This document shows positions 7,202 to 14,225 of a DNA stretch of 16,784 nt, piece by piece. The position numbers and the translations under genes are program-made. The DNA is from Candidatus Iainarchaeum sp. (GTDB lineage: Archaea > Iainarchaeota > Iainarchaeia > Iainarchaeales > CSSED10-239). The stretch is taken from contig PWLL01000072.1 in NCBI GenBank assembly GCA_003559395.1, positions 1-16,784 on the forward strand. Reading direction: 5' to 3'. A model generated the notes under the pieces. It saw only the letters and a list, made by a program, of their open reading frames with translations, searched no databases and had not been told where the DNA came from. Positions within the stretch are counted from its first letter, which is position 1; every line of letters starts with the position of its first letter.

Positions 7202-8236
7202 TTATCTATTAGGATAAGCTTCAGACACTAAATCACTTTTTGTTTCTAGTTTTTTTCTTACTGGTTCTATTAGTTTGTTAATCTCTAACCCAAGTGCTTT
7301 TTTAAGATCTTGAGGATGTAGTTGTTTAGATAAGAAATTTTTTTCCAATTGTTCTTTTGTTTTGAAACTTAAAGGACCTCCCCATTTTTCTGGACGATCA
7401 ATAACAAAAGCTTCATTATTGTCTTCCTTTATAGTCATCAAAACATATTTTGCAAAATCAAAAACTCCATTGTTTATGTCTCCTTCTGGACAATATGCGC
7501 TTTTTAGCTTTTTTTGAATAGTTTCAAAGTTATCTAAAAAATCAATTTTTGAATTTTCTATAGATGAAGACATTTTTCCTTCTTTTGTTAGTCCTTTTAT
7601 AAAAGGAAGAAGCACGTGCACTCTTTTTTTATAATTTATCTTTGGTAAAAACTCACTTGCTAAAACAAATATTTTTCTTTGATCTTGTGAGCCTAACTGA
7701 ACATCTACATCAAGATACACTTCATCTAAAGACTGTAACAAAGGATATATGATTCCAGCAACCTTTGGATTGTCACCATGTTTTACAACATCACTTGATG
7801 CTTTTGTAGAGTTTCTTACACTTACTTCTGAAGATAATCTATATAAGTCCATGACATATTTTTTATCTAACTGTATATCTGAGCCTTTTACAATTTCAAA
7901 GTTACTAAGATCTCCACCAATAGCTTCAATCATACCAGGAATAACAATTGAATAAAATTCATATCTTTTTTCAAGAATATCCCAAGGAGTATTATCTAAA
8001 GCACCATGAATATCAGCCAACAAAACTTTAACCTTAAAGCCTGCTTTTAAAAAATCTGATAACTTTATGGCCCATGTAAAATATGCAATAGAGGGGCTTC
8101 CAGTAATTGATGTGCCAAGATACACAGACGGGTTTTCTTTTGTTTCAAGAAGCTTAACAAGATCTTCTTCTGTTAATATTTCTTGTGTATTTCTTTTGAT
8201 TAATTTTAGTTTTTCTTGAATATTCATATATATCAT
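7202..8236 (-). CDS. tyrS: Tyrosyl-tRNA synthetase, archaeal type, with degenerate HIGH signature
   Basis: Collinear by eye with M. jannaschii TyrRS as recalled (IKRNT.EI..EE.L, LLAD.H, NPKVA..IYP..Q, EGKMSSS, RPEK.GG, LHP.DLK). KMSSS is present. SIAY occupies the HLGH position (codons 8081-8092). An alternative ATG at 8227 (MNIQEK...) is also possible. Confidence 0.9.
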   Translation of the reverse strand: MIYMNIQEKLKLIKRNTQEILTEEDLVKLLETKENPSVYLGTSITGSPSIAYFTWAIKLSDFLKAGFKVKVLLADIHGALDNTPWDILEKRYEFYSIVIPGMIEAIGGDLSNFEIVKGSDIQLDKKYVMDLYRLSSEVSVRNSTKASSDVVKHGDNPKVAGIIYPLLQSLDEVYLDVDVQLGSQDQRKIFVLASEFLPKINYKKRVHVLLPFIKGLTKEGKMSSSIENSKIDFLDNFETIQKKLKSAYCPEGDINNGVFDFAKYVLMTIKEDNNEAFVIDRPEKWGGPLSFKTKEQLEKNFLSKQLHPQDLKKALGLEINKLIEPVRKKLETKSDLVSEAYPNR

Positions 8237-8239
8237 CTT

Positions 8240-8467
8240 TTATATTTTTTCAGATATTTTTTTCATAACTCCTAAGATAAAAAAAACAAAAACCAGTTTT
8301 ATAAGAAAAGACATCATTTCTTCTATATTTGAAAGATAGACTTTATTTAAAAATAAAGCATATATTGCAATAAATGTAAGCGTGTAAAAAAAGATTGTAA
8401 CTATTGGATGTTTCTTATAGTATTTTTTTGTAAAACCTTCTAAAAACCATTTTATATTCTTGCACAT
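8240..8467 (-). CDS. Small two-helix membrane protein, hypothetical
   Basis: 75 aa with two hydrophobic segments (IVTIFFYTLTFIAIYALFL and LIKLVFVFFILGV). True ATG start. The stop lies 3 nt upstream of the tyrS ATG on the same strand, so it would be the first gene of a three-gene unit. No recognisable motif, and coding status is not proven. Confidence 0.5.
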   Translation of the reverse strand: MCKNIKWFLEGFTKKYYKKHPIVTIFFYTLTFIAIYALFLNKVYLSNIEEMMSFLIKLVFVFFILGVMKKISEKI

Positions 8468-8654
8468 GTTATTTCCTTATGATTTATTTTTTTTATAATT
8501 GTTTATAAATATATATATGTGAAAGAACCTTTTTAATTACTTTTATTATAGACAATTTCTAAAAAAAACAAGAAATAATCTAAAAATCTTGTTTTAAGAA
8601 AAATATTTAAAAAAAAACAATTTCTTTGTAAATCAATATCAATATAAACCTATT

Positions 8655-8676
8655 AACTAAAACATAAACAACAAAG
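8655..8676 (+). promoter_or_regulatory. Conserved upstream motif, copy 1 (AACTAAAACATAAACAACAAAG)
   Basis: Begins 57 nt upstream of the ATG at 8712. Over its first 20 positions it matches the 9254-9273 copy at 18, and that copy sits at an equivalent distance (61 nt) from its paralogous gene. It lies upstream of a TATA-like ttaaaata (8684-8691). Confidence 0.45.
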
Positions 8677-8711
8677 AAATACCTTAAAATAGAACAAAAC
8701 AAAAAAATACT

Positions 8712-9038
8712 ATGACCTTCAAAAAAAAAGCAAAACCTCTTTTTTTTGAGTATGAAGTAAAGTCTGATTTTAATGTTTTAGGGCGTGTTTTAGCATCACC
8801 TAATAAAAAAAAAATACTATATTCTTTATCGTTTCCTAAAACCTTAAAAGAAATAACAACACATACAGATCTTAATTTTCCTACAATCTCTAAAGCTATT
8901 AAAGAACTTGAGATTCTAGAGCTAATCACTATAAACAATAAAAGATACAGAAAAGGGAAAATTGTTTGTTTATCTGATAAAGGATTAGATGTTATAGACG
9001 ATCTTAAAAAAAGAGTAGAAGAAATTGGAAAAGATTAG
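8712..9038 (+). CDS. Small winged-helix DNA-binding protein (ArsR/TrmB-like by eye), paralog 1
   Basis: 108 aa. LGRVLASPNKKKILYSLSFPKTLKEITTHTDLNFPTISKAIKELEILELI followed by RKGKIVCLSDKG fits helix-turn-helix plus wing. Clear paralog of 9315-9620. The stop codon ends 1 nt before the tRNA-Asn 3' end. Confidence 0.75.
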   Translation: MTFKKKAKPLFFEYEVKSDFNVLGRVLASPNKKKILYSLSFPKTLKEITTHTDLNFPTISKAIKELEILELITINNKRYRKGKIVCLSDKGLDVIDDLKKRVEEIGKD

Positions 9039-9111
9039 CGCCTCGAGTAGGATTCGAACCTACGACCTATCGGTTAACAGCCGATTGCTCTAACCACTGA
9101 GCCACCGAGGC
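9039..9111 (-). tRNA. tRNA-Asn (anticodon GUU), 73 nt, no intron, CCA not encoded
   Basis: The reverse complement folds as a canonical cloverleaf: acceptor GCCTCGG/TCGAGGC (one G-U pair), D stem GCTC/GAGC, anticodon stem ATCGG/CCGAT with loop CTGTTAA (GTT at positions 34-36), variable loop AGGTC, T arm GTAGG-TTCGAAT-CCTAC, discriminator G. It is the only GC-rich island in the window. Confidence 0.95.
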
Positions 9112-9137
9112 ATAAAAAATCTATTAAAAATAGTTTT

Positions 9138-9145
9138 AATATAAA
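9138..9145 (-). promoter_or_regulatory. Putative TATA box for tRNA-Asn
   Basis: The minus strand reads TTTATATT, centred about 30 nt upstream of tRNA position 1, the usual archaeal spacing. Pattern only. Confidence 0.35.
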
Positions 9146-9253
9146 TATATTACCTATCTAAAGTTATTTAAATATATCTTATAGATAATGTTGTTTTTAA
9201 AAAAAACATATATTTTATTTTAAAAGAAAAATAGAAAATTATTTATAGGCTTC

Positions 9254-9273
9254 AACTAAAACACAAACAAAAG
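9254..9273 (+). promoter_or_regulatory. Conserved upstream motif, copy 2 (AACTAAAACACAAACAAAAG)
   Basis: Begins 61 nt upstream of the ATG at 9315. Near-identical to the 8655-8676 copy. It lies upstream of a TATA-like ttaatata (9284-9291). Confidence 0.45.
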
Positions 9274-9314
9274 TTAACTAAATTAATATACAACCATAAC
9301 TTAAATATAAATAT

Positions 9315-9620
9315 ATGGAATCAGAAAAAACAAACTTTTATCAAAAATCAAAAATAAGATCTGATCTAGAAATACTTGGAAAAGTTTTAGCCTCACCTAA
9401 TAAGAAAAAGATCATGTATTCTTTAAACACACCAAAAACACCAAAAGAACTTTCTAAAAAAACAAACCTTAACTTTCCAACAATTTCTAAAAATCTTAAG
9501 ATTCTAGAAAAACTAGATCTTATTGAAATAAATAATAAAAATCTAAGAAAAGGAAAGCTAATTTTTATTTCTAAGAAAGGAATGATAGTTATTGAAGATA
9601 TTCAGAAAAATAATCTATAA
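9315..9620 (+). CDS. Small winged-helix DNA-binding protein, paralog 2
   Basis: 101 aa. Shares the blocks LGKVLASPNKKKIMYSL, PKT.KEL, LNFPTISK and RKGK with 8712-9038. Some stretches are also similar at the nucleotide level (gttttagc.tcacctaataa). True ATG start. Confidence 0.75.
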   Translation: MESEKTNFYQKSKIRSDLEILGKVLASPNKKKIMYSLNTPKTPKELSKKTNLNFPTISKNLKILEKLDLIEINNKNLRKGKLIFISKKGMIVIEDIQKNNL

Positions 9621-10406
9621 TAAACTGATGGTTAAAAGAGACCTAAAGCCTATTAATAACCCATGAATGATGATTAAGGCCTTTGTATAGGTTATTAGTT
9701 GGTTGTTTTCTAGAAGATGTTCAATAGTATATAAGAAAAGAAGAACTAAACCAAGCTTAATTGCTAAAAATAAGAAAGGATGAATAGTAACTAAGATATT
9801 TGATAAAAAATGGGTTTCCTTAACAACATCTGAATAAAAAATAAGACCTATCGTAGTTGCAACACCATCTAAAGTCTGAGATAAAAAAACAAGCTTGTTA
9901 GTTTTGTTTGAGAGTGTTTTTTTAAAGAAGAGAGAAAAAAGAAAAGTTGTTTTTATAGTTATTAGAATAATGATTAAAAAATAAAAAAAATTAGTTATAT
10001 TTAACAAAACAAACAACAAAAAAGGAGCTAAAAAAGCATAGCCTATAAGTTCTAAAAGAACCTTGTTTTGTTTTTTTATTTTCTTTGTTATAATAAAACA
10101 TAAAATATATAAAACACATAAAAAAACTAACAAACCAGGAACCCTTATTAAAAAACTAAAAAAACCAGAAATGTATCTTTCTTGCTCAAATATTCTTAAA
10201 GTCGCACCTAATAAAAGAAAAGGAACGATTGTTCTTATAAACAAAAAATCTATTCTTGTGTTTTTTTTAAAAAACCTAAACAAAACAAAAAAACCAATAA
10301 CAACTAAAAAAATATAGATAAGAGTATTTAGAAAAGTATACCCTTCCTTTAAGAAAAGAATATCAAAAAAAGATAGATAAAGAAACATGTTTTTTAGAGT
10401 CACCAT
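9615..10406 (-). CDS. Polytopic membrane protein, possibly archaeal DUF63 family
   Basis: 263 aa with about 7-8 hydrophobic helices. The LDGVATTIGL......ETHFLSN segment and the C-terminal HGLLIGFRSLL resemble my recollection of DUF63 signatures, but this is unverified. Overlaps the convergent paralog-2 gene by 6 nt. Confidence 0.65.
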   Translation of the reverse strand: MVTLKNMFLYLSFFDILFLKEGYTFLNTLIYIFLVVIGFFVLFRFFKKNTRIDFLFIRTIVPFLLLGATLRIFEQERYISGFFSFLIRVPGLLVFLCVLYILCFIITKKIKKQNKVLLELIGYAFLAPFLLFVLLNITNFFYFLIIILITIKTTFLFSLFFKKTLSNKTNKLVFLSQTLDGVATTIGLIFYSDVVKETHFLSNILVTIHPFLFLAIKLGLVLLFLYTIEHLLENNQLITYTKALIIIHGLLIGFRSLLTISLL

Positions 10407-10475
10407 TTATAATATTTTTGTATATATATTAATATAAGAACATAATAAAAAAGATATAGTTTTTAGTGAAAAAAT

Positions 10476-11495
10476 ATGTTGAAAGAATGTTTAAAAGTAA
10501 AAAAAGAAGACACACAAAAGAAAATTGTAGAACTTAAAGAAAAAAACAATATTGATTCAAATTATATTATAAAAAAAGGAAATAGATATTGCTATATCCC
10601 TATAAAAGATAAACAAAAACTTACAACAAAACAAAAACAAGTCACTATCAAAAAAGAAGTGAAAAAACAAAAAAAACAAAATAAAAATTTTAAAGAAATT
10701 CTTGAAAAAAAGATTCCTAAAAACATTTTAGATAAAATAAATCAGTCCTATGACATCGTAGGAGATATTGTTATTTTAGGAATAAAAGATGGTTGTGAAA
10801 AATATTATGAAAATATTGGAAAAGCAATAAAACAAGTGCATCCACAAATAAAAAGTATATTAAACAAAAAAGAACATCATGGTGTTTTTAGAACCCAATT
10901 TTTAGACTTTGTTTATGGAGAAGATAGAAGAGAAACAATTGTTAAAGAAAATAACGTAAGAATAAAAACAGATGTAGAAAATGTTTTTTGTTCAACAAGA
11001 CTATCTTCAGAAAGAAAAAGAATTTCTAAACTTGTTAAAAAAAATGAAGACGTTTGTGTGTTTTTTGCAGGAGCTGGCCCTTTTTGCTTGTGTGTTGGGA
11101 AAAATACTTTTGCAAAAAGTGTTTATGGTTTTGAACTAAATCCAATTGCTATTAATTATTTTAAAGAAAATATAAAACTAAACAAACTTGAAAATAAAGT
11201 GTTTTGTGTGTTTGGAGATGTTTCTTTAATTTATAAAAACTATAAAGAAAAGTTTGATAGAATTGTTATGCCTCATCCAACTTGTTCTGAAGAATTTATT
11301 AAAGAAGCTTTGTATTGTCTTAAAGATAAAGGAACCATTCATTTTTATAAATTTGTTTCTAAAGAAAAACCTTTTGAAAAAGCAGAGAAAATACTTAAAA
11401 AATATTCAAACATAAAAATAGAAAATAAGAAAATCGTTTGTTCTTATTCTCCGTCTGTTGTAGAAGTGGTTTATGATTTGAAGATTAGAAAATAA
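10476..11495 (+). CDS. trm5: tRNA (guanine37-N1)-methyltransferase, Trm5/Taw22 (Met_10) family
   Basis: SYDIVGDIVILGI (the Trm5 D2 start), SAM-binding VFFAGAGPF, the catalytic-loop NP in FELNPIA, and DRIVMPHP. The C-terminal half is collinear with M. jannaschii Trm5 as recalled (NIKLNKLE, IHFY, SYSP). A Lys-rich linker lies between the N-terminal domain and D2. Confidence 0.85.
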   Translation: MLKECLKVKKEDTQKKIVELKEKNNIDSNYIIKKGNRYCYIPIKDKQKLTTKQKQVTIKKEVKKQKKQNKNFKEILEKKIPKNILDKINQSYDIVGDIVILGIKDGCEKYYENIGKAIKQVHPQIKSILNKKEHHGVFRTQFLDFVYGEDRRETIVKENNVRIKTDVENVFCSTRLSSERKRISKLVKKNEDVCVFFAGAGPFCLCVGKNTFAKSVYGFELNPIAINYFKENIKLNKLENKVFCVFGDVSLIYKNYKEKFDRIVMPHPTCSEEFIKEALYCLKDKGTIHFYKFVSKEKPFEKAEKILKKYSNIKIENKKIVCSYSPSVVEVVYDLKIRK

Positions 11496-13700
11496 TTATT
11501 TTTTGGTTGCTTTCTTTCTAGAAGGTTTTGGTGTTACTTTCTTTGTAGAAGGTTTTAGTGTTACTTTCTCTTCATAAAATAAACTTTCTTTTTTTCTTCT
11601 GTGTCTTCTATCTTTCATTTCTTTAAGCTCTTCTAAAAGTCCTGCTCTCATTTCTGCATAAGTTTTTTGAGTGATTTTCTTGTCTATAAGCTTATCTTCA
11701 AGATCAGAAATCTGCAACAACAATCTTGTTTTTTTGTTTTTTATTTTTTCTAAATCCCAAACAATTGCAACAATACATAAAAACACTGCAATCAAAAGAA
11801 CATACAAAGTTGTATCTCTTTTAGATATTGGTTGTGTATCATCTGTTCTTTGATAAACATATATTGGCCTATATCCAGACACAACATCGTTATCATCTAA
11901 ATCTTCATAACCATTATATTTGTCAAAATCCTTAATTTCTATATTTTCATAAACTGCAAGTATTTCTTTTTCTGCACCATAAAGATATTTACTAAACAAA
12001 ACTATATTATAAGCAGTTCTTAGATTGTTTTGTTGTACAGCTCTATTATTTTCATAAAAATCATAACTTCTATAAAAATAATCTGCATGATCAAAAAAAA
12101 GCTTAGACCAAACATTAGTTGTTTTTAAAAGTTGTTCTTCTGTTTTTAGCTTTTTTGTAAGTGCATCGTATTCTGCTTTAAAGTTCTCTATAGTTATTTG
12201 CTCATTAATACTTGCTTCTCTTCCTTCTATTATCGCTAAGACTGTTGCAGAATCATATATAGAAGTAACATACCATCCTTTTCTTAGACTTATTTTTGCA
12301 GCAGCAAATCTTCTATTTAGATCAACATCTTGAACAATAGATTGTGGACTAGTAACAAGCTTATCTTCTATTTCTATTATATAGTTTTGTGCCATTTTTT
12401 CAAAATAATCATGTTCTATAAAAGGAATTTCATCTTCTACGTTTCCTACATCTAAAAAATCATTTGCAATTTCATTCCATGCATAAGCATAAGAATAATC
12501 CATAACCTTAGATACTATAGACCCAGGATTTCCATCTAAACTATCTAATTGATTATTTGCCCAAACGACTCTTTGTTTTGCACCAATACACCACTCCATA
12601 TTATTTAAAGAACAATCTTTTGTTCTTTCTTCTGTTTCTTGAATATCTTTTTGAAGTTCTTTAAGCATAACTTCAAAAATACTTGATTCTTCTATAAGTA
12701 TTGAAGGGTTTTGTATTATCTTATCTACAGTTCTTGCATATATTAAACCAATAAACGCACTATTTGCAGAAGTATACAAATAATTTGCATTTGAATATAT
12801 TTCGGCATCATTTATTTGTTTTTTTGCTCTTTCTGTAAGATACAACATGTTTTGCATAGCAGAAATATCAGTTATAGTAACTGTTGAAAGTTTTTCTTCT
12901 ACAGAAGTTATTAAATCGTTTGCAGTTTCATAATAAACATCTACAATCTCTCTCATAGGTTTTAATGCTTGAGAATATTCAATTGCTTCTGGAATAAACT
13001 CTGTAACATCTGTTGTTTCAATAGAAAAAACATCTATCTCTTCAATAGGCATACGTCCGTATTTTATTATTTCATCTATTGTTGAAACTTCAATAATCTT
13101 TAAACCCCAAGTGTTATAAGCATACTCAACAATATCAACTAACTTTGACTCACCATTATTAGTTTCAATTATTTGATTCTTATTACCTTTAGGCATCATA
13201 AAAAGTTCTATTCCTTCTTCTGCAGCTTTTTCTGCTTTTTCATAGATTCCAGAAACATCTCCTACATAACCTCCAGGCGAAATCGTACCTGTTATGCTAA
13301 GGTCTTTAGTTTCTTCACCTTCAAGCATATTTATTATCAAAAAAGCCATAGCTGCTCCAGCTGAAGGGCCATCTATACTTGTTGCAGGAGAGTCTATATG
13401 AAACAAATAATTATACTTATCTTTTGCTTCAGGAACAACCATCTCAGCAACAGAAACAGCATTTCTTTCTGATTCTAAAGTTGAATGACCTACATCTTCA
13501 TTTATTGAAGAATAAATCTTTCCATCTCCATCAATAATATTTATATTTAAAGTAGCTGTCATTGATATTTTTGAAGGACTAACAGCAAACACCTTCATTT
13601 CATCTTCTCTTATTATTTCTGTGTTTGATTCTGCATAAACAAAACCACTAAACAAAAACAACATCAAAAACAAAAATACAAACAATTTCTTAGTTATCAT
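11496..13700 (-). CDS. Secreted, C-terminally membrane-anchored Lon-like (S16) serine protease lacking an ATPase domain, with a large unassigned ectodomain
   Basis: N-terminal signal-like segment KKLFVFLFLMLFLFSGFVYA. Lon proteolytic-domain motif SIDGPSAGAAMA (Ser113 codon 13362-13364) and dyad-Lys context GIYEKAEKAAEEGIELFMMP (K155, 42 residues after the Ser). About 400 aa of helical sequence with no motif I recognise. TM helix LYVLLIAVFLCIVAIVWDL (11751-11807). Basic cytoplasmic tail of 84 aa. Confidence 0.8.
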   Translation of the reverse strand: MITKKLFVFLFLMLFLFSGFVYAESNTEIIREDEMKVFAVSPSKISMTATLNINIIDGDGKIYSSINEDVGHSTLESERNAVSVAEMVVPEAKDKYNYLFHIDSPATSIDGPSAGAAMAFLIINMLEGEETKDLSITGTISPGGYVGDVSGIYEKAEKAAEEGIELFMMPKGNKNQIIETNNGESKLVDIVEYAYNTWGLKIIEVSTIDEIIKYGRMPIEEIDVFSIETTDVTEFIPEAIEYSQALKPMREIVDVYYETANDLITSVEEKLSTVTITDISAMQNMLYLTERAKKQINDAEIYSNANYLYTSANSAFIGLIYARTVDKIIQNPSILIEESSIFEVMLKELQKDIQETEERTKDCSLNNMEWCIGAKQRVVWANNQLDSLDGNPGSIVSKVMDYSYAYAWNEIANDFLDVGNVEDEIPFIEHDYFEKMAQNYIIEIEDKLVTSPQSIVQDVDLNRRFAAAKISLRKGWYVTSIYDSATVLAIIEGREASINEQITIENFKAEYDALTKKLKTEEQLLKTTNVWSKLFFDHADYFYRSYDFYENNRAVQQNNLRTAYNIVLFSKYLYGAEKEILAVYENIEIKDFDKYNGYEDLDDNDVVSGYRPIYVYQRTDDTQPISKRDTTLYVLLIAVFLCIVAIVWDLEKIKNKKTRLLLQISDLEDKLIDKKITQKTYAEMRAGLLEELKEMKDRRHRRKKESLFYEEKVTLKPSTKKVTPKPSRKKATKK
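11519..11569 (-). repeat. 27-bp tandem duplication inside the protease tail (encodes KVTLKPSTK / KVTPKPSRK)
   Basis: tagaaggttttggtgttactttct (11519-11542) and tagaaggttttagtgttactttct (11546-11569) differ at one base. The period is 27 bp and in frame. Confidence 0.8.
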
Positions 13701-13706
13701 AAAATT

Positions 13707-13714
13707 TCACTCCT
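13707..13714 (-). promoter_or_regulatory. Shine-Dalgarno-like element AGGAGTGA upstream of the Lon-like gene
   Basis: The minus strand reads AGGAGTGA followed by a 6-nt spacer and the ATG at 13700. It is the strongest purine-rich SD-like match I saw upstream of any gene here. Confidence 0.45.
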
Positions 13715-13745
13715 TTATATCTAATATATAAGATTCTTAACATAC

Positions 13746-14213
13746 TTAAACCTTTTTATTTTTTTTATATAATATATCAAACTTCTTAGTTGTTGAAAGA
13801 ACGTTTTTTCTACCTTTTTTTGTAACTTTTATAAGATCTAGTTCTTTTAAAGTTTTTATATGGCTATATGGTCTTTGTGAAATAATCTTTGATTGAAGAA
13901 CTGGCGAATTTAAGGAAATTAACGCAAGCGTCTTTAGTTCTGTTTGAGACAAAACTTTAGATATTGCAAACTTACAATATTTATGATATTTTGGTTTTAA
14001 AACCATTTCTAACAACTCATTATCATAAACAATCTCAATTGCAGTATCTTTTTGCACATATTCTTTTATTAACTCTAAGATTGCAAGATTTATTATGTCC
14101 AAATCAACATTTGGAAACTCTTTTTTTATTTTTGAAAGTTTCACTGATTTAGGACTCATGAAAAGAATTGCTTCTATTGCGTTTTTTATATCTTTAGAGT
14201 TTTGTTCATTCAC
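13746..14213 (-). CDS. scpB: Segregation and condensation protein B (short form)
   Basis: N-terminal IEAILFMSPKSVKLSKI matches the ScpB signature (LEALLF.S..P....L). Two winged-helix-sized halves. Located 12 nt downstream of scpA. The start is a GTG (plus-strand cac at 14211-14213). No in-frame ATG exists upstream of the conserved N-terminus, and a stop lies at 14220-14222. Confidence 0.75.
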   Translation of the reverse strand: MNEQNSKDIKNAIEAILFMSPKSVKLSKIKKEFPNVDLDIINLAILELIKEYVQKDTAIEIVYDNELLEMVLKPKYHKYCKFAISKVLSQTELKTLALISLNSPVLQSKIISQRPYSHIKTLKELDLIKVTKKGRKNVLSTTKKFDILYKKNKKV

Positions 14214-14225
14214 GACTAATCAACA

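Noticed and set aside
8565-8595. 9-bp inverted repeat AAAACAAGA-N13-TCTTGTTTT, and a 9-bp direct repeat ACAATTTCT (8552-8560 and 8617-8625), in the 244-bp intergenic region
   Set aside because: The arms are A/T-dominated low-complexity words in the most AT-rich spacer of the window. Chance occurrence is plausible, and no positional relation to a TATA box or start codon is evident. Worth revisiting only if the motif recurs genome-wide.
8552-8595. Possible degraded third copy of the wHTH gene in the 8468-8711 spacer (12-mer tctaaaaatctt and acaatttctaaaaa also occur in the 9315-9620 coding sequence)
   Set aside because: The matches are short A/T-rich words. No extended collinear similarity or residual reading frame could be traced by eye.
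8468-9314. tRNA-Asn locus as an integration site of a mobile element
   Set aside because: There is no integrase or recombinase gene in the window, and I could not find a direct repeat of the tRNA 3' half (e.g. ggattcgaacc or cctcgag). The duplication of the wHTH genes is reported as a finding, but a mobile-element call is unsupported.
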